Shown: positions 52,176 to 62,749, numbered from the stretch's first letter. The stretch is DNA of 64,000 nt from Candidatus Heimdallarchaeota archaeon (GCA_030603365.1 JAUVXV010000001.1:32001-96000); one strand, 5' to 3'. Notes: generated from the sequence alone by a model not told the origin. Translations and numbers: made by a program.

Positions 52176-52973
52176 ATGAGTAGAAGAAACCTTCCAGAAT
52201 ATGGAGATTTAGTTATAGGTACAGTAAAAACGATTTTCGATCATGGAGTATATGTTGATCTCGATGAGTATGAAGATCTTCAAGCATATTGTCACGTTTC
52301 AGAAGTAAGCTCAACCTGGGTTAGAAATATCAGAAATGTAATGAGGATTGGGAAGAAAGTTGTTGGCAGAGTTATGCGAATAAAAGAACATCAAATTGAT
52401 ATTAGTATAAAACGAGTTTCAGACGGTTTAAAAAGGTCAAAAGTTGAGGATTGGAAACGATATAAAACAGGATTGACTCTGTTAGAAATGGCAGCAAAGA
52501 AAAAGAAAGTAAATTTGGAAACTGCTAGATCCGAAGTGGAAGATCTACTAACTGATTTTTATGGAAGTTTGTACAATGGTTTCGAAGACGCCTTATTTCG
52601 AGGAGAAGCTTCATTTATAGAAGCTGAACTTCCTGAGGAATGGGCTACTATTCTCACTTCAATAGCAAAGAAAAATCTTACTATTCCCAAAGTTAACATC
52701 ACTAGAGATTTAGAGATTATGTGTTGGGAAAGTAATGGAATAACTTTGATAAAGAAAGCTTTGAGTGAAGCAAAAAAAGCGAGGGAAGAAATAGATGCTG
52801 AAGAAGAAGAACTTAGTATGAGTGTCTTTACTAGAGGATCACCAATGTACAGATTTAAAATTCAAGCTAGAGATTATGAGCTTGCAGAAGAATTAATGTC
52901 AAAAGCAGTTGAGAATATAGAAAACTGCCTTTCAGATTACAAAACTTCAGTAAAAGTTGTTGAAGTGAAATAA
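52176..52973 (+). CDS. eif2a: Translation initiation factor aIF2 alpha
   Basis: PEYGDLVIGTV S1 domain, HVSEVSSTWVRNIR, GSPMYR. Confidence 0.95.
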   Translation: MSRRNLPEYGDLVIGTVKTIFDHGVYVDLDEYEDLQAYCHVSEVSSTWVRNIRNVMRIGKKVVGRVMRIKEHQIDISIKRVSDGLKRSKVEDWKRYKTGLTLLEMAAKKKKVNLETARSEVEDLLTDFYGSLYNGFEDALFRGEASFIEAELPEEWATILTSIAKKNLTIPKVNITRDLEIMCWESNGITLIKKALSEAKKAREEIDAEEEELSMSVFTRGSPMYRFKIQARDYELAEELMSKAVENIENCLSDYKTSVKVVEVK

Positions 52974-52975
52974 TA

Positions 52976-53140
52976 ATGACTAAATCTATATATCGTTGTC
53001 TTAAGTGTGAAAAATATACTTTGAATGAAAAAACTTGTCCTCACTGTAGTGGTCGAGTTGTGTCTCCACAACCAGCACGATTTTCTTTGGAAAAGGAGAA
53101 AAAATATTCAAAATACAGACGACAATTACTTAAAAGTTAG
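52976..53140 (+). CDS. nop10: H/ACA RNP protein Nop10 (not in ORF track)
   Basis: MTKSIYRCLKCEKYTLNEKTCPHCSGRVVSPQPARFSLEKEKKYSKYRR; follows aIF2alpha. Confidence 0.92.
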   Translation: MTKSIYRCLKCEKYTLNEKTCPHCSGRVVSPQPARFSLEKEKKYSKYRRQLLKS

Positions 53141-53167
53141 TAAAAGTGGAGCTAAATCTCTTTTCTT

Positions 53168-53767
53168 CTAAACAATTCGTAGAATTGCTGCTTCTATCAC
53201 ATGATATTTTTTCTTGTGAAATTTATAAGATTTAGGAATTTCAAATTCAGCTTTTATTACCTCTTTTACTTCTCTCTTTTGTCTTCTAACATAATTTGTT
53301 AAAAAGTCAATATTTTTTTCTTGATAAAGATGAATTGAATATACAACTTTGGACATTTTTAGAGCTGAGAATAAAAATTCCTGATCTTTAACAATTCCTT
53401 GTATTCCAAAAGGAGCATTCATGAATACAGTATCAAATGACTTCTCTACCTCTCTGACATCCTTGTTAATGAAATTAATTTTTACGTCTGCTTTTTTTGA
53501 GTTTTCCTTAGCAATTTCAATAGCATCATTATCTATTTCAATTCCATGAACTTCTTTTGCACCTAGAAGCTTTGCACCTATTCCAAATAATCCTGTTCCA
53601 CAACAAAGATCTCCCACTATTTTGTTTTTTAAATTTTCTAGTTGAAGAGCTCTCCATAAAATCATGGCAATTATGCGTGGAGGAGTTTGGTATTGTTCAA
53701 GATGTAATTTAGGATTCTTAAAAGATTGAAGTTGAGTTAAAAAAATCTCAATATCCTTTTGTTTCAA
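53168..53767 (-). CDS. METTL5-family N6-adenine methyltransferase
   Basis: LEQYQTP, DLCCGTG, MNAPFG, VYSIH. Confidence 0.9.
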   Translation of the reverse strand: MKQKDIEIFLTQLQSFKNPKLHLEQYQTPPRIIAMILWRALQLENLKNKIVGDLCCGTGLFGIGAKLLGAKEVHGIEIDNDAIEIAKENSKKADVKINFINKDVREVEKSFDTVFMNAPFGIQGIVKDQEFLFSALKMSKVVYSIHLYQEKNIDFLTNYVRRQKREVKEVIKAEFEIPKSYKFHKKKYHVIEAAILRIV

Positions 53768-53773
53768 ATATTG

Positions 53774-54517
53774 TCACTCCTCTATTTTTTCAGAACAATT
53801 TTGCTTAATGGTTTTAAATATGCCAATTAATGAATGGATTTCTTCACTAGTAGAGAAACTTCGATTTATCATTGTTGTAAAACTATGAAAAACAATAGGT
53901 TTCCTATGTTCTTCATAAGGTAATGCTTCCACTATCTCTTTGAATGTATCAAATAGAATTTCTCTTTCTTTACTATTTGAACTCTTTTCTTCAGTTAATT
54001 TCACTTCTTTTTGAAAAATCAGTTTCCAAATTTCATACAGAACGACTGCCACTGCATGTGAAATATTCATCACTTTAAATTTGGCAGGAACAGGAATATT
54101 CACAAGAAAATCACAGTTTCGTAGCTCTTCATTTGATAATCCTCTATCCTCTCTTCCAAAAACAAGACCTATTTTTCCTTCCGTAACTCCTAGCATTTCA
54201 TGCAATTCCCATGGATAGGAAGGCTGTCTAAGAACATTGTAGTTTCTTCCAGCTTTTGCTGATGTTCCAATCAAGAAAGAGTAAGTATCTCTTATACTTT
54301 CGAGAGATTCCCATATTTCAGCGTTTTCTAAGTAATAATGTGAATGTTTTGCCCTCTGTCTCGCTTCATCATTGTTGTGATCAATTTGAGGTGCAACTAA
54401 TACTAATTTGTTAACATTGAAATTTTGACAGAGCCTAGCTATTGCTCCAATATTTCCACCAATTTTAGGTTCTACTAAGATGATATCAAAATTTAGTTTT
54501 GCTTTATTATTTATCAT
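53774..54517 (-). CDS. TrmJ-family SPOUT tRNA methyltransferase
   Basis: VEP..GNIGAIAR, FGREDRGLSNEEL, MNISHAV. Confidence 0.9.
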   Translation of the reverse strand: MINNKAKLNFDIILVEPKIGGNIGAIARLCQNFNVNKLVLVAPQIDHNNDEARQRAKHSHYYLENAEIWESLESIRDTYSFLIGTSAKAGRNYNVLRQPSYPWELHEMLGVTEGKIGLVFGREDRGLSNEELRNCDFLVNIPVPAKFKVMNISHAVAVVLYEIWKLIFQKEVKLTEEKSSNSKEREILFDTFKEIVEALPYEEHRKPIVFHSFTTMINRSFSTSEEIHSLIGIFKTIKQNCSEKIEE

Positions 54518-55139
54518 TATTATCCCAAACTTTTACTTTTACCAAATATAGTTTTTCAAAGAATATTTTTACTTCATCGTAAATTTCTAAATCAATTCCT
54601 TCATTCTTTAATTTGTTAAATGTGTTGTCAGTTGTGCCTACAGAAGAGAATATTGTATAAAAGATAGCTTGATTCTTTTGTGACTTAAGATATTTAATGA
54701 ACTCATGAGCTGCCTCAAAACCCTTATTTCCTCCTATGAGCATTAATTTCTCAAGAGCTTTTAGGTTATCTGTTTCTTCATCTTTAGGTAAGTATGGAGG
54801 ATTCCAGATAATTATATCCGGATTAAGGTGATTACTTGCATCAAGTTTATCCATGCAGATTAAGTCAATATGATTTTTAATTCCGTTCAAATTGATATTC
54901 TTTTTAATCATTTTTACAGCTTTATAGGAAATATCTGTTATTAAAAATCTAACATCCGGATATTTTTTAGCGAGAACAATTGATATTATACCGGATCCTC
55001 CCCCTAATTCAACAACAAATGTTACTTCTTTGTTAAATCGAATAGAATCTATTAGAGCGAATGTATCCTCTGCAGGGAAATAGATGTCTTCATCTATTTC
55101 AAGAACTATCTGGTACTTAGGGAAGTCATAGCTGACCAA
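54507..55139 (-). CDS. HemK2/PrmC-family release factor glutamine methyltransferase
   Basis: IYFPAEDT, ELGGGSG, NPPYLP. Confidence 0.88.
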   Translation of the reverse strand: MVSYDFPKYQIVLEIDEDIYFPAEDTFALIDSIRFNKEVTFVVELGGGSGIISIVLAKKYPDVRFLITDISYKAVKMIKKNINLNGIKNHIDLICMDKLDASNHLNPDIIIWNPPYLPKDEETDNLKALEKLMLIGGNKGFEAAHEFIKYLKSQKNQAIFYTIFSSVGTTDNTFNKLKNEGIDLEIYDEVKIFFEKLYLVKVKVWDNNDK

Positions 55140-55990
55140 AGATCCTCACCTAATTTAGCTTTTAAAACTGAATATAAATCAGCAAGTTCATCTATTGTTA
55201 AACTGAAAATTCTTCTTTCTAGATGTGGTAAATTATCCATTACAACGTAATCTATTAGTATGCTTTGTTTTGATTTTCTTTTAATCAAGTTAACAAGTAC
55301 ATTTCTAACTGTTTTCTTTCTTTGAGTAAAGAGTAAGGTTATGAACTGTCCAAAATCGTTGTGATCTATATCAAGAGATTTTTCCTTTTTCTTAACTGAA
55401 ACAATGGATGAAAAAACTTGAGGTTTTGGGAAAAATAAAGAAGGATTCACTGTTTTAAGATATTTACAGCTAGCTTTTAAGTTCATCATCACTGAAATTC
55501 TTGAATAATCTCGTGTTCCTGGAGATGCAAAGAATCTTTGAGCAAACTCTTTTTGATACATGAGTATAGCTATTTCAAAATCATGTTCAAGAAGTTTAAA
55601 TGTAATCGGGGAAGAAATTTGATAGGGAAGATTAGAAACACACTTCGTAAAACTAGGTAATTCTGTCTTCACGGCATCTCCTTGTAATATTTCAGTGTTT
55701 GAATAGCAACTCATAAACTCTTGAAGAAAGCTAACCATTCTTCTATCTACTTCAATTATGAATAGCTTCTTTGCTTCTTCTGCTAAGCATCTAGATAGAT
55801 TTCCAAGCCCACCACCAATTTCTAAAACAGTATCATTATGGTTGATTTCAGCTTGTTTAACCTGGTATTGAATTATATTTGAATCAATTAGGAAGTTTTG
55901 TCCTTTGTGTTTTGAAGGACTTATATTCAACTTTTTTAAACTATCAAAAACATGTTTCTTAATAGCAGAAGAAGAGTCCCAACAGCCCAT
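55106..55990 (-). CDS. rsmA: 16S rRNA dimethyladenosine transferase RsmA/KsgA
   Basis: GQNFL, EIGGG.G, SNLPYQISSP, QKEFA. Confidence 0.95.
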   Translation of the reverse strand: MGCWDSSSAIKKHVFDSLKKLNISPSKHKGQNFLIDSNIIQYQVKQAEINHNDTVLEIGGGLGNLSRCLAEEAKKLFIIEVDRRMVSFLQEFMSCYSNTEILQGDAVKTELPSFTKCVSNLPYQISSPITFKLLEHDFEIAILMYQKEFAQRFFASPGTRDYSRISVMMNLKASCKYLKTVNPSLFFPKPQVFSSIVSVKKKEKSLDIDHNDFGQFITLLFTQRKKTVRNVLVNLIKRKSKQSILIDYVVMDNLPHLERRIFSLTIDELADLYSVLKAKLGEDLWSAMTSLSTR

Positions 55991-56014
55991 TACTCAAACC
56001 CTATACCATCAATA

Positions 56015-56680
56015 TTATCTTTTTTGACCTGAATCAGAACTTGCAGTAAATAATCTGTGCTTTTCATCTTCTTCTAGTTCTTGCTTGATTCTATTAAGAA
56101 TCATTTTTCTGATGTCAGATATCTTGACTCTTTCTTCAATATCACTGAAAGAAACAAAAGGCATACCTTTTCTTGCATCTAATATCTCCCACATTAGTTT
56201 CTTTCCTATTCCAGGTATTAACTGCATAGAATGTATCCTATTTGTTATCGGTTGTGCTTTATTGAAGAATGATACAAAGCGTTTTTCATTTCTATTAATG
56301 ATTAGAAGAACAGCTTCCTCTAACGATTCATAACCTGTGTTAGTCAAGTCGTTTACTGTTACTCTGCGTTTAACTTGCTTAACAGGAGTTTTTTCACTTG
56401 TTTGTGGCAAATCTAGTTCAGAGAATTTTGCGTAATTTCCTTTTCGGTCAACAACAACATCAAGCAAACTGAACCATTTTGTGCCTATACCTTGTACGAT
56501 TGGTTCTCTTTGTTTAGTTTGCCCAAATCCTTTACCTTCTGGCAAATAATCAAGTACCAAAATACGAGATTCTACTTTTTTGAATTGCTTTATGTGAGTT
56601 ACTGCTCCAAGTATGAATTCATCACCATCAGATTGTTTTTCAGGACGTCTATTTGTCCTTGGATTTTGCTTGCTTGCCAT
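56015..56680 (-). CDS. DUF655 family putative RNA-binding protein
   Basis: VLDYLP.G, FFNKAQPI..R.H, IPGIGKK HhH motif. Confidence 0.9.
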   Translation of the reverse strand: MASKQNPRTNRRPEKQSDGDEFILGAVTHIKQFKKVESRILVLDYLPEGKGFGQTKQREPIVQGIGTKWFSLLDVVVDRKGNYAKFSELDLPQTSEKTPVKQVKRRVTVNDLTNTGYESLEEAVLLIINRNEKRFVSFFNKAQPITNRIHSMQLIPGIGKKLMWEILDARKGMPFVSFSDIEERVKISDIRKMILNRIKQELEEDEKHRLFTASSDSGQKR

Positions 56681-56759
56681 ATTGTTCTCACCATATATAA
56701 TCTCGAATACAAAAAAAGTTTTTGTTTTCTTTTAAATGAACCCTAAAAACTCCATTTCT

Positions 56760-57113
56760 CTATTTTTGGTTTTCGTACTTATCAACAAATGGTTTTATGA
56801 TATCATAAATATCTTTGATATCTTGATCTGTTAGTATCTTGGGTTCTTTTGAAAGTAGATCTTTCAATTCTTCAATTGATGGGGGTAGAATATTTGCAAT
56901 TGTAAATGCTGAAAGCTTGGAAATTTTGTGCTTCTTGATAAGCTCTTTAACAATTTTTCTGGATTCTTCTGGCTCTATTCGAGCATTTTGCATAGCGTGC
57001 TCAAATGCAACTCTTTGCCAATAGGATAGTTCAGATTCTTCACTTCTTGCTTGTAAAATACCCATTGCTTCTGATATGGTTAATGGTTCCTTATTTAGAA
57101 CTTCTCTTGGCAT
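56760..57113 (-). CDS. rpoF: RNA polymerase subunit F (Rpo4)
   Basis: LTISEA, ELSYWQR, IANILP; canonical eL21-rpoF-DUF655-ksgA order. Confidence 0.9.
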   Translation of the reverse strand: MPREVLNKEPLTISEAMGILQARSEESELSYWQRVAFEHAMQNARIEPEESRKIVKELIKKHKISKLSAFTIANILPPSIEELKDLLSKEPKILTDQDIKDIYDIIKPFVDKYENQK

Positions 57114-57125
57114 AAACTCACTTCA

Positions 57126-57437
57126 TTAATTACCTGTTTGAATAACAGAACGACTTAAGCGCAAATGTTCTTTTGACGCAATAATCTTTTTTATTGCATT
57201 TCCTTGTTTTATTGCAACAATGAATGCTTTTCCTTGTTTCTTTATTATTTCCCCAGTTTTTCCATGATATCTTCTATGTGGCATAGCCTTGTGTTCACTG
57301 GAGTCAATGATAATGTCAACTATATCTCCTTCGTTGAAATCACGTAATAGGTAATCCAAAGGTCTAATACCTTTTTTTCTTGTGTGTTTTTTAAAGAGAT
57401 GTCTGGTTCTGGCACGATATCCTCTAGATTTACGCAT
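57126..57437 (-). CDS. rpl21e: Ribosomal protein eL21
   Basis: SRGYRARTR, MPHRRYHGKTG, EHLR. Confidence 0.96.
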   Translation of the reverse strand: MRKSRGYRARTRHLFKKHTRKKGIRPLDYLLRDFNEGDIVDIIIDSSEHKAMPHRRYHGKTGEIIKKQGKAFIVAIKQGNAIKKIIASKEHLRLSRSVIQTGN

Positions 57438-57562
57438 CTAATGTACACCCTTTTAGTTATTTAATACATATAAGTGAGCAAAGTCCCTCGATGTAACTTT
57501 TAATCTTTTCGTTTTACGTTTCCGTAAAATAAAAAAAAAACCACTTTAATTCCTTTTTACTT

Positions 57563-58882
57563 TTAATTGCTTTCTTTTCTAACCTCTACAACATCAAGCT
57601 CTTTACAAATTGCCTTAATTCCTGCAATTTTTGATATACTCGGATTCGTTCTATCTTCATCCCCCGATATCAATTCTTTGACATAACATCCTCCATCACA
57701 GGTAATTGTAGCTTCAATTTCAGTGTCGTTTGTTCTTAAACATTCTACTGAAAAGACTTTCTTTTTTCTGATTTTGTCGGCTCTTCTATGTAATACTCTT
57801 TGAGGTGTTTGTTGTTCTATTTCTTTATTATTGAAAAAAGCCTCAATTTTAGTTAGTGTCCCATTAGATATAGTTTTATCAAATAGAATCTTCGCTCGAT
57901 ATTTCTTTACAGTGGTTTCTGCACTCCCTTTCAAATCTCTTAACTCCTCTTTTGAAGACCACCGATATCCTGTAACTTCTATTTTTCCGCTTGCATATTT
58001 GTTTATACTCATTTGGAGCTCACCTAAATCAATAGCACGTATCTTAGGTGCTACAACCTCAAAAACAAAAGGCCGTCCATTTCCCAACATTAACGCATCT
58101 ATATCTTCTCGTCCTGCTCCATGAAGAACACCTTTTTCTCCCTCAGTAATTTTAATTGTTTCATACTCAATTAATTCCTCTATAGACTCTTGGTATCTTT
58201 TTCCTGTCTGATTACACTCATTACAACCTTTTCCCTTACATTTAAAACATGGCCATCTTGTTTGAGGTATCGTACGAAGGTATTTTAGATATCTTCCATA
58301 GATATACAGTGATCTAATTCTAGTATTGAATTTATATGAGATAGGATTAATTTCAATAACAACCTCAGGTGCATTAAAATCTGTTATAACTGCAAGTTTT
58401 TGGGCAATTTTCTTCCCTATGATTCTGTTAAATTCTTGTTTAAGAAACTCTGTTTGAGAAACATCAAATTCTTCCTTTAACTTCTTCTCTCTCTCATGAA
58501 ATTCTTTGGGTAGAATTGTACCAATTAGAAAAGTTTGAAATTTAATTTCTTCTAGGGTTGGTGTTACAATATCAACAATATCATCTATGTGTTCAAGCGT
58601 ATCTTGACAGATGAAACATTGCTGTGTTTCTTCAGGAATGTATTCTTTTTTCCTTAAGGTGCTTTTTGATAATTCTCCTCCTGACTTGGATAGTATCTGC
58701 AGAAAGGATAAATCATTCTCTTCAACTTGAATAACTGTATTCATAGTCGAAAATTCCTTGATTATAATTCCTCTCCTTTCATTTGTTGTCCCTGTTGCCA
58801 AATTAGAAAATTGTCTCCCTAGACAATGATTGCACAATGAATGTTTATTTAGAATTTCTGTAGTTCTTTTTATTAAATTCAA
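57563..58882 (-). CDS. pus10: tRNA pseudouridine(54/55) synthase Pus10
   Basis: CNHCLGR, GRYLK..R.IPQTRW, GAGREDIDALMLG.GRPF, QTPQRV. Confidence 0.95.
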   Translation of the reverse strand: MNLIKRTTEILNKHSLCNHCLGRQFSNLATGTTNERRGIIIKEFSTMNTVIQVEENDLSFLQILSKSGGELSKSTLRKKEYIPEETQQCFICQDTLEHIDDIVDIVTPTLEEIKFQTFLIGTILPKEFHEREKKLKEEFDVSQTEFLKQEFNRIIGKKIAQKLAVITDFNAPEVVIEINPISYKFNTRIRSLYIYGRYLKYLRTIPQTRWPCFKCKGKGCNECNQTGKRYQESIEELIEYETIKITEGEKGVLHGAGREDIDALMLGNGRPFVFEVVAPKIRAIDLGELQMSINKYASGKIEVTGYRWSSKEELRDLKGSAETTVKKYRAKILFDKTISNGTLTKIEAFFNNKEIEQQTPQRVLHRRADKIRKKKVFSVECLRTNDTEIEATITCDGGCYVKELISGDEDRTNPSISKIAGIKAICKELDVVEVRKESN

Positions 58883-58883
58883 G

Positions 58884-59471
58884 TTATTTCACACTCTCTA
58901 TCATGAAATTTGTCATAATTATCTGTTCATCTATATCTAATGGACCTAAGGAACGCTTTGTGATTTTATTTTCTAATTCAGAGAGATTTTCAAATCCATA
59001 AAAAAATACATTTGAATTGGAGGACATATTTAGTGATATGTTTTTGCTTATAGTTTTAGATGCTATAATTTGGAAACATCTTTCATTTCTATATTTATCG
59101 AAAACCCACTCCATTTTTCTTCTATGAACAGATATACCAGGTGTCAGTTTTCCTTTTTTGGAATCAGGGTTAATAATGTGGTTTTTTGCTCTTAAAAGTA
59201 AATGACCTGCTGAGAAAAAACTAGGACCTAGAAAACGTAATTCATCACCTTTGAATGTAATTTGATAAGACTCTCCTCCAAAATCAGTACAATAGTAAAC
59301 TAAATTATTTTTACGAAAATGGTTAGAAAGGAAAAAAGAATCAGCTATCGCTTTGATATATTGATTAAGCTTATTATGAGAAAATTCTGTACTATACAAA
59401 TCTGGTTTATCAAACGAGAATGAAGGTGCATTAATAATGAATACAGTTTTTGACATGAAGTTTTCACACAA
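58884..59471 (-). CDS. Divergent TrmY-like tRNA m1Psi54 methyltransferase
   Basis: FFLSNHFR, GDELRFL.P, TPGISV, SLGP; adjacent to pus10. Confidence 0.65.
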   Translation of the reverse strand: MCENFMSKTVFIINAPSFSFDKPDLYSTEFSHNKLNQYIKAIADSFFLSNHFRKNNLVYYCTDFGGESYQITFKGDELRFLGPSFFSAGHLLLRAKNHIINPDSKKGKLTPGISVHRRKMEWVFDKYRNERCFQIIASKTISKNISLNMSSNSNVFFYGFENLSELENKITKRSLGPLDIDEQIIMTNFMIESVK

Positions 59472-59482
59472 AGTGGGTTCTC

Positions 59483-60826
59483 TTATCCTCCCAGTAATCC
59501 AGGGGGCATTCCAGGAATTTGCATTCCTCCACGACGTCCTTTACGCATGCGTTTTACGAGATTTGTCATCATTTTGTGTTGAGCTATCAGCTCTTTAACT
59601 TCTGCAATTGATCTACCACTGCCTTTTGCTATACGTTGGATTCTTGAGCTTCCTAGTTTGGTTTTTCCATCTAATTCGTCATTTGTCATCGAAGACATAA
59701 TAACTTTGAATTTTTTCATATTATCCTTTGAAAGATCCATCATGTTATCGTCTATAGTCATTCCAAGACCTGGAATCATAGACATCATCCTTTTCAAGGA
59801 ACCCGTTGAACTAAAATTGTCAAGCAATTCCATCATCTGTCGATATGATATCTTTCCACTTAACATGCTCAAGGCTTCTTCTTTTGAAGGGAGCACTTCT
59901 AGTTCTCTAACCTCTTTTAATAAACCTTCAAGATCTCCAACTCCTATTAATCTACTAACAAAAGAAGTTGGATTAAACTCTTCTAAAGCATCTATGTTTT
60001 CTCCATCTGCAAGAAACTTAATGGGGACTTTAACAGCTGCTGCTGCAGATAGGCTTCCACCACCTTTTGCAGAACCATCCATTTTTGTAACTATGACAGA
60101 ACCCACTTGAGTAGATTTTGAGAATGCAAGTGCTTGTTGATGAGCACCCTGCCCCAGATTACCATCTACTACTAAGATTATCTCATCAGGTTTAATTTTA
60201 TCTCCAATTTCTTTCATTTCTTTAAGTAGAGCTTTTTCTTCTTTGTGGCGTCCAGCAGTATCAATAAGAATGACGTTATGCTTTTCATCTAAGAATTTTT
60301 TAACACCATCAACTGCAATCTTAACTGTGTTTTTATTTTCTGGTTTTCCATAAACTGGAACATTGATAGGTGAACATAGCTGTTGAAGTTGCTCATATGC
60401 ACCAGGTCTAAAGTTATCAACAGTAACAACAGCAACTTTTTTTCCGCGTTTTTGAATATATTTTGCAAGCTTTGCGGTTGTTGTAGTTTTTCCTGAACCC
60501 TGAATACCCACAAGCATAATAATTGTTGGTTTGTTAGGGTGTAATGTTAATGGATGAGATTTTGTACCCAGAAATTTTGTTAGTTCATCATGAATAATAG
60601 ACAATACACTCTTTTTACGAGAAAGACCATCTGGAAGTTTTTTATCCATAGACTTACTTTCAACTTCATTTACTACTTCTGCTGCTAAATCAAATTGAAC
60701 ATCTGCTTCTAATAGAGCTTTAAGCATAGCATTCTTGAGTTCACGAATTTGTTCTTTATCAGGTGGCCCTCCTCTAATAATTTTAGAGATAGCTGTATTA
60801 AGAGCAGATCCAAGTTTCCCTAACAT
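59483..60826 (-). CDS. srp54: Signal recognition particle protein SRP54
   Basis: GIQGSGKTTT, DTAGRH, TKMD, M domain SMT..EL, RIAKGSG. Confidence 0.97.
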   Translation of the reverse strand: MLGKLGSALNTAISKIIRGGPPDKEQIRELKNAMLKALLEADVQFDLAAEVVNEVESKSMDKKLPDGLSRKKSVLSIIHDELTKFLGTKSHPLTLHPNKPTIIMLVGIQGSGKTTTTAKLAKYIQKRGKKVAVVTVDNFRPGAYEQLQQLCSPINVPVYGKPENKNTVKIAVDGVKKFLDEKHNVILIDTAGRHKEEKALLKEMKEIGDKIKPDEIILVVDGNLGQGAHQQALAFSKSTQVGSVIVTKMDGSAKGGGSLSAAAAVKVPIKFLADGENIDALEEFNPTSFVSRLIGVGDLEGLLKEVRELEVLPSKEEALSMLSGKISYRQMMELLDNFSSTGSLKRMMSMIPGLGMTIDDNMMDLSKDNMKKFKVIMSSMTNDELDGKTKLGSSRIQRIAKGSGRSIAEVKELIAQHKMMTNLVKRMRKGRRGGMQIPGMPPGLLGG

Positions 60827-60912
60827 GAATAATCAAAAGAAGGAAAACAAAGAGATTAAAGAATATTTTGTTTAAAGTTAAAAGAAAAAGAGTTGAAGCT
60901 CAAAAAGCTCCT

Positions 60913-61809
60913 CTATAATTTTAATTCTTCTGGTTTAATTCGAATAGGGTCGCTAGATAGTTTTGCACTGCGTTTAACTTTAATAGAATTTACAAAATAG
61001 ATTTGTCCATTTACTTTGGTTTTCCTACCTATTTTGACATCAAAACCTTTTACATTTCCTTCCACAAGTGTTTTTGTCAAATCCACTTTATTTTTTCCAA
61101 AAACACTTCCTTGAATTTTGTATGGGTGTTTGAATGCTGAAGATATTGTTAAACTCAAAAAGCTATACCAGCGTCTTGTCCCAACATCAATGTTTTCAGC
61201 AACTAAGTTTCCACCTAATATAGAACCACCTAATATTGAAACGTCCTTTTGGGATAGTACGTTTCCATCTACTCCTAGAAATCCTGAAGTTGATAATCCA
61301 CTAACCGCTTGTAAATTGCTTTTAATTTTAAGTGACCCAGATGCTTTTGTGAAACCTTGTATGGATGTTTCACCACCAATTTTTGTAGATCCACTAAATT
61401 TTGCATTATTTCCTAAATCTAGTTCACCATCCACTTTGAAAGATCCTGAAGATTTGACTGAACCGACAATTGTTACATTCTGTCCAATCCTTACTGAACC
61501 TGAGAATTTTGCGTCAGCACTTCCCTGAAGACTCCCTTCAGTTTTAAATGATCCAGAGCTTTTTACATAACCTTGGGAAGTTATACTTCCTGCACTTTGC
61601 AAGGAGCCTGAAGATTTTAATCCTTGACATCTTAGGTCTCCTTCTATTCTTCCTGAACCAGATATTCTCAATTGTTTTGGAATCTCTCCGCCTGATATGC
61701 TTGCTGATCCAGAAACTTTAACTTCTGTATCAGATTCTCTTAAACTTCCTGCAGAGCTAATTAATGCTCTTTCATAACTTTTAGATGTTTTTTCTTGTGT
61801 GTTTTCCAT
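60913..61809 (-). CDS. Bactofilin-like beta-helix repeat protein
   Basis: Repeated [K/R]xSGS/xxG.V units with ~17-aa period. Confidence 0.75.
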   Translation of the reverse strand: MENTQEKTSKSYERALISSAGSLRESDTEVKVSGSASISGGEIPKQLRISGSGRIEGDLRCQGLKSSGSLQSAGSITSQGYVKSSGSFKTEGSLQGSADAKFSGSVRIGQNVTIVGSVKSSGSFKVDGELDLGNNAKFSGSTKIGGETSIQGFTKASGSLKIKSNLQAVSGLSTSGFLGVDGNVLSQKDVSILGGSILGGNLVAENIDVGTRRWYSFLSLTISSAFKHPYKIQGSVFGKNKVDLTKTLVEGNVKGFDVKIGRKTKVNGQIYFVNSIKVKRSAKLSSDPIRIKPEELKL

Positions 61810-61840
61810 TTTAATCTCTCCTTTACAACCTGTACTATAA

Positions 61841-62749
61841 TTATAATATTAGATCCTCTCTTCTGATTTGAACGGGTTCGTGTTCAAGCTGAGCTTTATT
61901 ACTTAATTCAATCCTGTCAACATAATATATGACACCTTCAACTTTAGAATATGGACCAATTTCCACATTTAATCCTTTAACATCTCCTTCTGCACGGGTA
62001 TTTGCTAAATATACTTCACCTGTTCCGAAGATATTTCCAGAAATTATAGAAGGCATTAGTTTCTTCCATCTATGTCCATAAGTGTGTCTTCCTTTGTTAA
62101 TTAAGACATCTTCCCCAACTAAATCTCCATCGACTTGTATTCTTCCTGCAATTTCAACCAATCCTTGAGATAATAGACTTCCACGTATATTAGCTGAACC
62201 TGAGAATTTAACTCCTCTTTCTGCTTGAGTGAGACTTCCACTAGAAAAGCTTCCAGCTGCAGAAATTCTTCCTTGAACTATTACTTCTCCATCTATCTTA
62301 GCAGATCCTGAGAATTTAGCATCCTTATCCACATGTAGTGATCCTGCACATTTGAAGGATCCAGCACATCCAACATCTCCATGAGCAAGTATGTTTCCAA
62401 AGCATTTCAAAGATCCAGCAGATTTTAGATTATTACATTCAACATCATTATCTATTTTTCCAGAACCTGCAATACGAATATCCTTCCTTACTTCACCGCC
62501 AGAAATTCGTGTAGAACCAGCTGCGGTTAATGATTTTTCTGTAACAGATTTAACTCCAGAAGTATAAATTTTTGATGCTTCTTTGTGTATCTCTTGATTC
62601 TGCTTAGATACCTCAAGCTTTTGTTTGTATCTTGTTTTTAACTCCACATAATTGCTTTTATCAATTTCACCATCATCAAACCTCTTTTCCAGAAGTTCTA
62701 AGAGTTCTTCATACATTTGCATTTCGTGTTTTGTCACGTTTATCACCAC
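61841..62749 (-). CDS. Bactofilin-like beta-helix repeat protein with N-terminal SHOCT-like helices
   Basis: xAGS/xSGS repeats; LEKRFDDGEIDKSNY N-terminus; paralog of neighbour. Confidence 0.75.
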   Translation of the reverse strand: MVINVTKHEMQMYEELLELLEKRFDDGEIDKSNYVELKTRYKQKLEVSKQNQEIHKEASKIYTSGVKSVTEKSLTAAGSTRISGGEVRKDIRIAGSGKIDNDVECNNLKSAGSLKCFGNILAHGDVGCAGSFKCAGSLHVDKDAKFSGSAKIDGEVIVQGRISAAGSFSSGSLTQAERGVKFSGSANIRGSLLSQGLVEIAGRIQVDGDLVGEDVLINKGRHTYGHRWKKLMPSIISGNIFGTGEVYLANTRAEGDVKGLNVEIGPYSKVEGVIYYVDRIELSNKAQLEHEPVQIRREDLIL

